In this document: in pieces, positions 46,982 through 56,792 of the stretch
Position numbering within the stretch: the first letter of the stretch is position 1
Layout: every line of letters begins with the position of its first letter
Made by a program: the position numbers and the translations under genes
Sequence record: LR535910.1
DNA: 64,000 nucleotides
Direction: 5' to 3' (one strand)
Notes under the pieces: generated by a model
What the model was told of the DNA's origin: nothing
Databases searched by the model: none
The model's input: the letters and a program-made list of their open reading frames with translations, nothing else

Positions 46982-49900
46982 ATGATTTTTCTGAAACAGT
47001 TTAACCAGCGCTTTACCGTGCGCAAGACCGATGAGTTCGGTCGTCCGCGTATTATCCCGCTGGAGAAGCTCCAGCTCCCACGTGGTTCTATCTACCACAC
47101 CATCGATTTAGACCAGGTGGTTTTAGCACCACCGTTAACCACACCGTGTTTTGGTCAGCTGGAAAAACCGGCGATGATTCGTCACCACTTCCAGCTGCCT
47201 GAAGACGGCATTATTGGCCACCCGCGTAAGAAACCGGTTGTTGGTCAAGAGCGCCAAATCTTCCAGTACCATCGTAACAATCGTCGTATTCGTCGCATGA
47301 TTGAAGACGGCGTGGTACGTTCCGATCCGAAAGTGCTGCTCATCGAAAACTACACCCCGATGCTGCCGCATTATTTCTACCCTGATACTCTGATGTCCTG
47401 GTACGAACGTCTGCACAACATTCAGCTGCTGATAACTAACCAGATGAAAACTGACTCACGTGAGTACATGCGTCAGAACTACTACATCATCGAACTGGGT
47501 AACGTACTGCCTTCTTTCGATCGTTTTAAAATGACGTATAACGATCGTGTTAAAACCAAACTGGAGCGCTTTAAAGACTTTAACCTGCTGTGGTTACTGG
47601 AGTTGTTCGGTTGGGTGTACGGAGATCAGCAAGCAACACTGTTTGACGGTATGGACATGAACCAGCTGTCACGTGTGAACTTTATCTTCACACACAACGG
47701 TGGTTTTACATCCATGAACATGGGTGTAATTGAAAGAATGCGTAAGTCTGCCGGTGGTCGTTTGACTGACGTGCAGATGGGCAGAATGTTCTACCGTACA
47801 CTGACTACGGTGATGACCACACCGCCGTCTACCGACTACGAAGATGACGAGTTCGTTACACCGGAAGGGGATGAACGCGTACATCTGGGAGAGGACGACG
47901 ATGCTGTTGAAACCGTTGCCAGTAAACCGGAAGAAAGCCTCGATATCGTCGACGATGAAGCAACACAAAGCGACAACGTTGACGATACATTGAACGATCA
48001 TGAGTTCGATGAGAAAGAAGATCTGGTCATCGAAGCGCCGAAAGAAGATGTCAAACCAACCACCATCGTCGTAGAACGCACCATCCCACACGATGCTGTG
48101 ATTAAACAGGAAGTTGAGCGCCTGGCAGAAGCGGGCCGCGTCACCGCCAAAGCGTATCAGTTCCTGAACGAATCTTCTAAACGTTTCGTAAACTTACCCA
48201 ACCCGTACAATCCTAAAGAGACGTACGGCGAAGGTCTGACCATCGATCCGAAGAAACTCGAAGTTAAAGCCGAGCCTAAGAAGATTGAACGCTTAGTTAC
48301 AGATGAAGCCTGGGCGGAAAATACCACCGACCAAATCATTCGTCAGTACAACCAGGAAATCTTCCCGAAAGATGTTCTGGGCGCAGTGGCGTCATCTCAG
48401 CGTCTCGGTTTGGCGATTCACAATCACACTGTTGAGAAAGAGATTTCCGTTACCGGGAATATCGAACACCACACGTTGCGTATTCAGCCGATTGGCGGAG
48501 AACCAACCACGGTACGTTTCTCAATTCCTGCATTAACCGAAGACGGTACTTGGGTTGCGAATGGTGTGGAATATACAATGCGTCGTCAGCGTGTTGATCT
48601 TCCTATCCGTAAAGTGTCCCACGATACTGTAGCGTTAACCACTGCCTACGGGAAGAACTTTGTCCGTCGCAGTGATAAAGTCGTCAATGATTACGGACGT
48701 TGGCTCACTAACGCGATTATTACTCGCGCGGTCGATCCAAAGAACACCGAAATCACTGATGCAAAACTGGCGAATGTGTTCGATCCGCTGTCTAAACTGC
48801 CGCGTCAGTACACCGAGGTGGCACGTCGTGTAGCAGCGTTCAACGCAATTGGGTACCAATGGAACTTTGACATTAAACAGAAAGCGGCATTCTTTAACGA
48901 AGGGCAACTGGCAGACGCGGACCGTGTCGAGCTGGTACCTGTGGCGAAGAAACCGCGGAGTCATGTCATCGTCGGTATGGATAAAAACTCCCAGCTTTAT
49001 CGAGTGGATAAGGATAAGACCGAACCACTGGGTACACTCGCCGAGGTCTTTGGCGTGGACACCTCTAAGGCTCCACGAGAAATGACCGAACTGTCACTGA
49101 TGGGCAAATCAATCTCGCTGGGCTTTGTGTTTGCGTACTATCTCGGGTTAACCGGGATGTTGAAACACTTTGGTATCAGTTACGAGGTTCTCTCTGTCGG
49201 ACAACGTATCGATAAAGGTCAGTTCGACTCCATTATTCGTCTCCAGGATGCGAAAATTGCAATTGTCTGCGAGAACGATCAACAGAGGATGATTGTCAAC
49301 GGCTTAGACCGTTACATTAAACACTTTACCACGTATACCGAGTCGGAAGTTGACCGGGAAGACATTTACCTGAACCTGTTACGCGATGCAGATGGGCTAA
49401 CACCACGCTACATCAAAGAGCTGAAACTGATGCGGACCGCATTTGTTGACGACATGCACGCGCGTATCCTCAGGAAAATGGGCGAGCCGGAAACCTTTAT
49501 CGGCTTACTGGAGCGTTCTAACGAACTGCTGCAGACGGACCACACGTTACCGGAAATTAACGGTGACGAAATGATGTTCATCGGGAACCAACGTATTTCG
49601 TATCACATCTACACCGCGATGGTGCGGGCGATGCGTAACTACAACAACGCGCCTAACTCGAATCGTAAGTTTGAGTTGACGCAGGACATGGTCTGGGGTG
49701 CAATTAACTCCGACCCGTCTGTTCTGCTGGCACCTGGCGCAAACCCGGTACAGAACATCAAAGAAAAGGATGTCGTTACCATGGGCGGTACAGGCGGTCG
49801 TAACCGCAAAACCATGGTCTACAGTACCCGTGAATTCCAACCGAGCGACCTGGGGATTGTCTCCGGTAACACGGTCGATAACGGCGACGTAGGTATCACC

Positions 49901-51187
49901 GCCTTTGCAACAAACAATCCGCGTTACGACACCGTGGACGGCACGACCTTTAAAAAGGACCTCGATAAACTGAAGCCAGGTGAGGCACTGTCATTTATTG
50001 ATGGCTTGGTGCCGGATACCCTGATGGACGATGCTAAGCGTCAGAACTTCGTTGGGATTCAATTCGGTTCTGCGACCAGTTGTGTTGGCGCAACCACCAC
50101 ACCGTATCGTACCGAGCAAGAAAAGTTCGTGGCACACCGTACTTCTGTGAAGCACGCACGCGTAATCGATAAACCTGGCAAGATTGTGGAGGTTCTTAAC
50201 GACCACGTTAAAATCAAATACGACGACGGAGAGGAAGAAGCTTTCCCACTGGGCCGTTGGTTCGGTCCGCACGAAGGGACTTACTACCCACACACTCTGG
50301 TAACGAAATGGAAGCGCGGAGATAAACTCCCTGCCGGTGCCGTTATCACGTACAACGAACAACACTTTGAACCAGACATCTACGATCCAACGCAGGTCAG
50401 CTTTAAAAACGGGATACTGGCAACTGTCGCTTTGATTGAAGGGGAAGAAGTAATTGAGGACTCCAACGCCATTAGTGAGCGGTTCGCTGCTAAGGCTGAA
50501 GCCGATGTTACCAAACTCAAAGAAGTCACAATGACGTTTACCCAGAACCTGTTGGAGATGGTAAAAGAAGGGGACCACGTAGACGTGGATTCAATTCTAT
50601 GCACCTTCACCGACAACCTGACCGGCGATATGAGCGGGTTCAGTAAAGAAGCAGCGGAAACGCTGCGTGAGTTAAGCTCCTTTGCACCACGCTCTGGTGT
50701 TCGTGGGTTTATCGACAAAATCGAAGTGGTTTACCACGGCGAGGTGGAAGATATGACCCCGTCTTTGGCGGAGATGGTTCGTAAATACGACCGTATACGT
50801 CGGAAGACTGCGCTGGCTCTCAAACGTGACGAGCCGAAGGACGGTCGAGTCAACGGTGATTTTCGTGTTGAGGGGGTGCCGTTAGCGTACAATAGCCTGT
50901 GTGTCCGATTCTACATCACACACCGGGTAGAGATGGCAGCAGCGGATAAGATGGTTATTGCTAACCAGCTGAAAACGACGGTTCAGGAAGTGATGTATGG
51001 AACCAACAAAACGGAAGACGGGCAGGAACTCGACATTATCTTTGGTCGTGATTCCGTCGACGCACGTATCGTAGGTTCTATCATGCGCATCGGAACCACC
51101 AACGCTGTCGGGTATCGTGGTGGGGAGAATATCGGACGCATCTTAGATGGTGAAGACGTCCCAGCCTTGCCGGCTAAAATCAACTAA
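46982..51187 (+). CDS. rpoB: Virion RNA polymerase beta subunit, large N-terminal part
   Basis: GVEYTMRRQ, DDAKRQNF, EDSNAISER, ADKMVIANQLK, DIIFG...AR correspond to RpoB motifs. Confidence 0.9.
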   Translation: MIFLKQFNQRFTVRKTDEFGRPRIIPLEKLQLPRGSIYHTIDLDQVVLAPPLTTPCFGQLEKPAMIRHHFQLPEDGIIGHPRKKPVVGQERQIFQYHRNNRRIRRMIEDGVVRSDPKVLLIENYTPMLPHYFYPDTLMSWYERLHNIQLLITNQMKTDSREYMRQNYYIIELGNVLPSFDRFKMTYNDRVKTKLERFKDFNLLWLLELFGWVYGDQQATLFDGMDMNQLSRVNFIFTHNGGFTSMNMGVIERMRKSAGGRLTDVQMGRMFYRTLTTVMTTPPSTDYEDDEFVTPEGDERVHLGEDDDAVETVASKPEESLDIVDDEATQSDNVDDTLNDHEFDEKEDLVIEAPKEDVKPTTIVVERTIPHDAVIKQEVERLAEAGRVTAKAYQFLNESSKRFVNLPNPYNPKETYGEGLTIDPKKLEVKAEPKKIERLVTDEAWAENTTDQIIRQYNQEIFPKDVLGAVASSQRLGLAIHNHTVEKEISVTGNIEHHTLRIQPIGGEPTTVRFSIPALTEDGTWVANGVEYTMRRQRVDLPIRKVSHDTVALTTAYGKNFVRRSDKVVNDYGRWLTNAIITRAVDPKNTEITDAKLANVFDPLSKLPRQYTEVARRVAAFNAIGYQWNFDIKQKAAFFNEGQLADADRVELVPVAKKPRSHVIVGMDKNSQLYRVDKDKTEPLGTLAEVFGVDTSKAPREMTELSLMGKSISLGFVFAYYLGLTGMLKHFGISYEVLSVGQRIDKGQFDSIIRLQDAKIAIVCENDQQRMIVNGLDRYIKHFTTYTESEVDREDIYLNLLRDADGLTPRYIKELKLMRTAFVDDMHARILRKMGEPETFIGLLERSNELLQTDHTLPEINGDEMMFIGNQRISYHIYTAMVRAMRNYNNAPNSNRKFELTQDMVWGAINSDPSVLLAPGANPVQNIKEKDVVTMGGTGGRNRKTMVYSTREFQPSDLGIVSGNTVDNGDVGITAFATNNPRYDTVDGTTFKKDLDKLKPGEALSFIDGLVPDTLMDDAKRQNFVGIQFGSATSCVGATTTPYRTEQEKFVAHRTSVKHARVIDKPGKIVEVLNDHVKIKYDDGEEEAFPLGRWFGPHEGTYYPHTLVTKWKRGDKLPAGAVITYNEQHFEPDIYDPTQVSFKNGILATVALIEGEEVIEDSNAISERFAAKAEADVTKLKEVTMTFTQNLLEMVKEGDHVDVDSILCTFTDNLTGDMSGFSKEAAETLRELSSFAPRSGVRGFIDKIEVVYHGEVEDMTPSLAEMVRKYDRIRRKTALALKRDEPKDGRVNGDFRVEGVPLAYNSLCVRFYITHRVEMAAADKMVIANQLKTTVQEVMYGTNKTEDGQELDIIFGRDSVDARIVGSIMRIGTTNAVGYRGGENIGRILDGEDVPALPAKIN

Positions 51188-51234
51188 TGTAGGGCGGGTC
51201 GCTCCCGCCCGGTAAATAAACTCCGGAGTTAATA

Positions 51235-51528
51235 ATGGGAATTTTAGATACGCTCAAGCAGCAGCATGGGATTCCGGTGGGCCGTAATAGCACGAATCCG
51301 GAAACGGAAGGTTATTCCCCACAGCAACGCATGAACTTTGTTGTTCTGGGCAATGCGGTTGAATTGGCCACCGAAATTATTCACGGACTGCTGAAGGGCA
51401 GCAATGGCCTGTCTGACCGCATGGGCGATCAGCGTTTGCTGAAACGAGACATCGCTGATATGGTGGGTGCGCGTATTACTGGTCGCATCCAGGATTCCAT
51501 CAGCACCAAAAACGGGGGTCAGGCATGA
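51235..51528 (+). CDS. Small hypothetical (putative virion) protein
   Basis: GGAG RBS, 97 aa, within the vRNAP/head cluster. Confidence 0.65.
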   Translation: MGILDTLKQQHGIPVGRNSTNPETEGYSPQQRMNFVVLGNAVELATEIIHGLLKGSNGLSDRMGDQRLLKRDIADMVGARITGRIQDSISTKNGGQA

Positions 51529-53000
51529 TCAACTTATATTCACTTAATGCTGTCACCAACGCAATGAAACTGGCGAAACAACACCAGGTTCGTTTGGAAG
51601 CTGACGTTGACAGTCCTGTTGGTCTACTGACAAAAGCGACTACGCAGCAGAGCGTTTTCGATACACAGATAACTGACGAAGAGTTCTTCCAGTCTCTGCC
51701 GGATATCACTGCACTGAAAACGCCGCAGGCCGGTACAGGCGAAGCGTCTGTAATCGCGGACACGGCGGCGGGTCCAGAAACGCTGAACGTCGAAGACCAC
51801 GAACCGACACTGTTCGAACTGAAACGTATGGCTATCCAACGTTGTCAGGGTATGCTTGACTTTGCCCGTAACGTTATTCAGCCGTTTGTTCAACTGGTTA
51901 TCCAAAACAACCAGGGTATTGAAAACCAGGCAGTTAGCGAAGAATGGGCACTCGTACCTGCAGGTATGGACCCAGCGCTGAACTCCCCGGTGGTACAGGC
52001 ATTAATTGATTCGGTAGAAAACCCGCTGGGCAATGGTACTACGCACCCTGCAGTTAAAGCCAACGTCCCTGCTGATATCGAACTGCCAGAAACCGGCAGC
52101 AAAGCTTACGACGATCTGGTTAAAGAACTGTTGAATGCGCTGGGTTGGAATATCAACGAAGCCGTTCGCAACATGCTCGAAGGGAACATGCTCTCTCCGG
52201 TAAGCGACCAGGCACCACACAACCTGAAACGCAACATTCTGTTTATGCTGCTTTCTGGCTACTACCTGGAAATGCCGTGGAAAGACTCTGGTCTGAATAG
52301 CGGGCAGTGGAAAGCACAGATGCTGCCATTGCATTACAGCTATATCGGTTGGGTTTACGCCTACACCCAGAACATCGTTACCCGCATCAAGACCGGTAAC
52401 ATTGTCTTCGGATACGACAACGTTGAGAAGAAAGTGTATATCTGTCAGGAAGTGATGGACGACTATCTGGAAAAAGGCGGTAGCGTTGAAGCGTTACTGG
52501 GCGCTATTTACCAGCTGGACGAAGGTGACACCAATGTCTCCACGCGTGTAGCTTCACTGTTGGAAAAACAGAAAGACTACATCGCTGCCTGGGGCCACCG
52601 TTCTGCGATTCAGCGTGCTAAGCTCGACAGCAGTTGGGTAACACGCAATCGCCAGTCACTGAAACAAGCGTTTAACGTGGCCATCGATGCAACCGATCCT
52701 GAACTGTTCTGGCGTGGACAGGACGGTCAGGTAGCAACGCCGGAGTTCGTTAAGAAATCAACGGCAAGCTTCATCGATTCGTTCTTCACCACCGACACCA
52801 CAGACATCACTGAGTTCGTTATCAAGGTCTCCGCGACTGAGGTCTTCGGTGAATACGAACTGTCCAAGCTGATGCTGGATATTCATCGTGGTATGATTGC
52901 TAACCGTCAACCTGACGAGGTGGCAACCGACTGGATGATTAACTACGTCCTGGATTGGATTTGTGGCGGTGTGGTTATTTCTGTACCGAGCAAAGTTTAA
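51525..53000 (+). CDS. Putative head/ejection protein
   Basis: 491 aa, ATGA overlap; position matches SPN3US gp243 (recall). Confidence 0.6.
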   Translation: MINLYSLNAVTNAMKLAKQHQVRLEADVDSPVGLLTKATTQQSVFDTQITDEEFFQSLPDITALKTPQAGTGEASVIADTAAGPETLNVEDHEPTLFELKRMAIQRCQGMLDFARNVIQPFVQLVIQNNQGIENQAVSEEWALVPAGMDPALNSPVVQALIDSVENPLGNGTTHPAVKANVPADIELPETGSKAYDDLVKELLNALGWNINEAVRNMLEGNMLSPVSDQAPHNLKRNILFMLLSGYYLEMPWKDSGLNSGQWKAQMLPLHYSYIGWVYAYTQNIVTRIKTGNIVFGYDNVEKKVYICQEVMDDYLEKGGSVEALLGAIYQLDEGDTNVSTRVASLLEKQKDYIAAWGHRSAIQRAKLDSSWVTRNRQSLKQAFNVAIDATDPELFWRGQDGQVATPEFVKKSTASFIDSFFTTDTTDITEFVIKVSATEVFGEYELSKLMLDIHRGMIANRQPDEVATDWMINYVLDWICGGVVISVPSKV

Positions 53001-53015
53001 TAAAGAGAGGTGGTC

Positions 53016-53738
53016 GTGAGCGCCATTGAAACAGCACGTCGTGACGCGACGAAAATTCATGCAGATTTAGTGGACCAAGGCACGGCCACCATCACCAAAG
53101 GGGGATGTTACATTTACATCCCTGTTGGCTTCGTGGCTAAAGAGCTGGCGGTAATTTCTTCGCAAGTCGAAATCGTCGGCATTTTCGCTATCTCCACTGA
53201 CCGCAAAACCTACGGGGTATCGAACGTCACGACGTTCATTGAAATTACCCCGTCGGCGTTTGAGGAAATTGACGTTCAGGGTGTGCCGTATTACGAGTTC
53301 CGTTTTGACCCCGGCACGGTGGTGTTCCCCAACCGAATGCTGCAAGTGCTATCCTCGCCAGTCTACAACATCGCTTCGTACATCTACGACTTCGGAAACC
53401 GGCCTTTCTGGTACACCGCAGTAGATGACGCTGAGCTATTGTCTGACACTAAGACGTGGAACGGCTTTACGGTCTTTAACGACCAGATCACCGCTGACTG
53501 TTATGCTGCCCACACACAGCGTAAGGTTGGCGACCCGCGGACGTATTTCCGCTACACCCTGAAAAAAGACAGCGATTTGATGAATCGGGTGCAGTTTATT
53601 CCGCTGCGTTCAGGTTCATTGAACAAAACTTCCCGGTTGGCCAAGATTGCAGATGTGGAACTGAAACAGGGTATCCGTTCTGCACTCCAGGTCGATCCGG
53701 TACGTGCAGAGCCACTCGAGGATTTGTATATGAGGTAA
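53016..53738 (+). CDS. Putative virion RNAP beta' middle fragment
   Basis: GAGAGG RBS before GTG; called mainly from its position just before the protease, as phiKZ gp176 / SPN3US gp244 (recall). Confidence 0.5.
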   Translation: MSAIETARRDATKIHADLVDQGTATITKGGCYIYIPVGFVAKELAVISSQVEIVGIFAISTDRKTYGVSNVTTFIEITPSAFEEIDVQGVPYYEFRFDPGTVVFPNRMLQVLSSPVYNIASYIYDFGNRPFWYTAVDDAELLSDTKTWNGFTVFNDQITADCYAAHTQRKVGDPRTYFRYTLKKDSDLMNRVQFIPLRSGSLNKTSRLAKIADVELKQGIRSALQVDPVRAEPLEDLYMR

Positions 53739-53800
53739 CTGAGGTAGGGTTATTGTACGTCCCCAATAACCCGCTTCGGTAATAACAACTGGGGAAACCA

Positions 53801-54604
53801 ATGGAAAACTTGTCACTACGTTATAACTGCGTGGCACTCGCTGGGGTCAATAAAGGGGCAACGCTAAAGAAAGATGCGGACGGATATTACTACGTCCTGT
53901 TAGGTGCACTGAATATTTTCAACTCTGAGAATATTTACTACGCCTATAACGAGTCAAAACATGTCTTCGAGCGCTCTAACGTTTTCATGCGTAAAGTTTT
54001 GGCGGGGAATCTCTTCGGTGAAGAAGACCATCCGCAATACGAACAAGGCATGAGCGAAGCCCAGTGGATCGAACGTAACGAATGGATCGAAACGCGTAAC
54101 GTGTGTATGCACATTCGCGAAGTAGAAGTGAAGCCGACCGACCAGATGTGTAACGGTCTGCCGGTGATGGAAATCTGGGGTTGGATTAAACCTAACCGTG
54201 AACGTGGTCCGCTTCTGGCGGAAGCACTAGAGAACCCACATCAGAACGTGTGTTTCTCACTGCGTGCTATCGTTCGTGAAGGTCGTCTGGGTACGACAAT
54301 CGTACGCCGCATCGATAAACTGGTCACCTTTGACTGGGTTATTGAAGATGGCCTGCAAATCTGTAACAAATACTCTGCGATTCAACGCGGTAGTAAAGTG
54401 GCACAGAAATCTACTCGCACTTACGTCGACCGCCCTATCAGTCGTCAAGTGTTGGAAGACATTCTGTACAATCCGACAACGACCAGCGCTGTTGCCACTG
54501 AGTCCCGTCGTGGTGCTCTCCAGCAACTCGCGCAGGAATACCTGCAGCTGGCTCCGAAAGTGTCCAATCTGCGGGTAATGGGCATGGGTGTAAGGAGCTG
54601 GTAA
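53801..54604 (+). CDS. Prohead protease
   Basis: DADGYY...LGALN, VCMHIREV (His), VCFSLRA (Ser), TFDWV (Asp); ATE-S site near the C-terminus. Confidence 0.82.
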   Translation: MENLSLRYNCVALAGVNKGATLKKDADGYYYVLLGALNIFNSENIYYAYNESKHVFERSNVFMRKVLAGNLFGEEDHPQYEQGMSEAQWIERNEWIETRNVCMHIREVEVKPTDQMCNGLPVMEIWGWIKPNRERGPLLAEALENPHQNVCFSLRAIVREGRLGTTIVRRIDKLVTFDWVIEDGLQICNKYSAIQRGSKVAQKSTRTYVDRPISRQVLEDILYNPTTTSAVATESRRGALQQLAQEYLQLAPKVSNLRVMGMGVRSW

Positions 54605-54607
54605 AAA

Positions 54608-55237
54608 ATGGCAGAACATATCGACCCGTCATTAGAGCGGTGGTGTGAACGCCAGATGCCGCACGTCGCCAAAAAGTTGACGTTACGTAAACTGACTGAA
54701 CAGCCGCTGCATTTAAGCAAGTGTAAGATACCGACGTTTTCGCCGCGTATCCCACTTTCGTGCGCGCCAGATGAAGACAAGACCGTGCCCAGGATTTGCT
54801 GCTCGGTAGATTTAGAGCGAGCGATTAAGGGTGCACGTCACAACTTCTCTGCAATCGAAATACCCACACGATTATATCTTTACGGTTTTGATGAACGTGA
54901 TGTAGCGCAGCCTTCGGTCAACCTGACACAGGAACCGAATCGGGCGGGTGAAGTATGGATTGTACCACACCGCATGTCGAACTGGGATATCAAACCGATT
55001 TACCTGGGCGAGATGCGATTGTCAGAACTTCGCAACGGTGGTCATGTTTTTGTCTATCACTTAAGTTTCGGACAAGATGTGCGCCTGTCTACCAGTCAAC
55101 TGCTGAAAGCCGGCGAGTTTTATCGGCTGATTATCAGCGTCAACTGGGAGCGCGGTGAAGTTAAGGTCTCGGAGGCGGTCGCCACTGCGCGTACTGCTTT
55201 TGATAACGCACTGAACGAATACGTCGTTTCACCGTAG
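54608..55237 (+). CDS. Hypothetical protein
   Basis: 209 aa; F.PRIP...EDKTVPRIC.S motif. Confidence 0.7.
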   Translation: MAEHIDPSLERWCERQMPHVAKKLTLRKLTEQPLHLSKCKIPTFSPRIPLSCAPDEDKTVPRICCSVDLERAIKGARHNFSAIEIPTRLYLYGFDERDVAQPSVNLTQEPNRAGEVWIVPHRMSNWDIKPIYLGEMRLSELRNGGHVFVYHLSFGQDVRLSTSQLLKAGEFYRLIISVNWERGEVKVSEAVATARTAFDNALNEYVVSP

Positions 55238-55292
55238 TGCCTAGTTCGTGGTCTGCAAATCACAACTAAAAACCACTACAGTAGGGGGACGC

Positions 55293-55592
55293 ATGAAGGT
55301 CGTTAACATCGCAATACCTCCGACCCTTCGTTGTTTGACGCCGGAAGAACTGAAAGCGTTAGCGATCTACGCCATCCAAGGAAAGGCTGGTAAGGAAGTG
55401 CTTGCCGAAATCTTATCGGAACGTTTTGATACAAAACGCAAGGTTAATAACATTATCTCCGGAATCGCGTCGCTAGATATCATGGCGCTCTATTGCGACA
55501 TTAAAGAGGCCGGAGTGACAATCGACTATCGCCGTACTTACTTTCTACTCACTGAGCCGTATCGTTCGAATATGGCAATAAAGCAGATGTAA
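55293..55592 (+). CDS. Hypothetical protein (start moved from 55248)
   Basis: AGGGGG before ATG 55293. Confidence 0.6.
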   Translation: MKVVNIAIPPTLRCLTPEELKALAIYAIQGKAGKEVLAEILSERFDTKRKVNNIISGIASLDIMALYCDIKEAGVTIDYRRTYFLLTEPYRSNMAIKQM

Positions 55593-55593
55593 T

Positions 55594-55618
55594 TTTTACA
55601 TGACGTTGGTTTCATGTG
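55594..55618 (+). promoter_or_regulatory. Putative middle promoter
   Basis: TTTTACA-N14-TGTG. Confidence 0.5.
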
Positions 55619-55644
55619 TTGGGGAACAAAATAAGGACAAGAAA

Positions 55645-56193
55645 ATGTTTTATCTGGATAGCGATGGCGTTTTTGCACGCTGGCGTAAATACGTTTTATC
55701 CACACATTTTCCCGGAATGACGATTAAAGAGTTTAACGCATTACCTGAACTCCGTCGTCGTAGTTTGGTTCGTTCGATGTATCAGAACGATCCTGACTTG
55801 TTTTACAAACTCGAACCAATTGAGGGTGTAGAGCGAATCCTGGAAACGGTAGATAGACTTTGCGACAGTTGGGCAATACTCACCTCTGGGTCAGAAGATC
55901 ACTACGACCACCAATTGGTTGTGGATTCAAAACAACGGTGGTTCATGAAGCACTTTGGGGTACCAGCTGACAAAGTCATCGTCACCGAAAGTTCAGGGCA
56001 GAAGAAAGCTTACGCCTCGCGAGGTAATTTGCTTGTCGACGATTATGGTCGTAACTGTCGAGAATGGATTTTGCAAGGTGGTGCGGCGATATGGTCGCGA
56101 ACTGAAGAACCGAACATTGATGGTATTTGCCTCCAGTGTGAAGCATTCTACAATGACCCGATTACTTACTCGGGGACACTACTGCAAGTCTAA
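55645..56193 (+). CDS. HAD-family 5'(3')-deoxyribonucleotidase (start moved from 55600)
   Basis: YLDSDGVFA (motif I), ILTS, KK..Y, LLVDDY..N...W...GG. Confidence 0.85.
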   Translation: MFYLDSDGVFARWRKYVLSTHFPGMTIKEFNALPELRRRSLVRSMYQNDPDLFYKLEPIEGVERILETVDRLCDSWAILTSGSEDHYDHQLVVDSKQRWFMKHFGVPADKVIVTESSGQKKAYASRGNLLVDDYGRNCREWILQGGAAIWSRTEEPNIDGICLQCEAFYNDPITYSGTLLQV

Positions 56194-56201
56194 GCTCCAC
56201 T

Positions 56202-56245
56202 AGGCTCATCCTATCTTCGGATACGGGTGAGCCTTTTTATTTTAT
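56202..56245 (+). terminator. Intrinsic terminator
   Basis: AGGCTCATCC.TATC-TTCG-GATA.GGGTGAGCCT followed by a T-run. Confidence 0.85.
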
Positions 56246-56267
56246 TAATTGCATTCAAAAAGAACTG

Positions 56268-56320
56268 AGATATATATTACTTAGGTGAGCGTTACACGTT
56301 AACGCTTTAATCGACTATTA
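56268..56320 (+). promoter_or_regulatory. Putative early promoter, hairpin and leader box
   Basis: AGATATATATTAC (contains the phiKZ early consensus TATATTAC), AGCGTTA/TAACGCT hairpin, TTAATCGACTATTA at 56307. Confidence 0.65.
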
Positions 56321-56339
56321 CCCAGAAGGAGTATTTACA

Positions 56340-56738
56340 ATGACTAACCAACTACACCAAGACCCGTTTGTTGCCATGATGGTTTGTGCTAAAGCCGAGA
56401 GCAACGAAGCCGATTTAATTCGTCTGTTGACTGATGACGAATACCTTATCTCCGAGCGCGATAAACGTTTAAAAGAACTCTACAAGCCAGAAACCGGTGA
56501 ATCGCTCGGCAATCAAGACGCCTGGAAGTTTCTTATTCTTGTTGCTGATGAAACGTGGCGAGCAAAAAATCCCATCGTCTGTGATATTACAGACCTACCG
56601 TACAAATACGGCGGACTCATCACTAGCGACCTGTATCTTAAACCGTTCTTTGTTGGTGAAGCAATGCAAGAACTGCAAGATGTTCTTGTTACAGCAACGA
56701 ACACTTTGAGACGTTTGCGCGCTGAGCAGCTAATCTGA
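56340..56738 (+). CDS. Hypothetical protein
   Basis: AAGGAG RBS, 132 aa. Confidence 0.75.
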   Translation: MTNQLHQDPFVAMMVCAKAESNEADLIRLLTDDEYLISERDKRLKELYKPETGESLGNQDAWKFLILVADETWRAKNPIVCDITDLPYKYGGLITSDLYLKPFFVGEAMQELQDVLVTATNTLRRLRAEQLI

Positions 56739-56792
56739 TCTCTCAAAAATCACGAATCGTACAAATCCTTTGACTGTGTAGGAAGGAATAAA

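Noticed and set aside
49991-50578. 195-aa antisense ORF in vRNAP beta
   Set aside because: Fully inside a conserved gene on the opposite strand; no independent signals.
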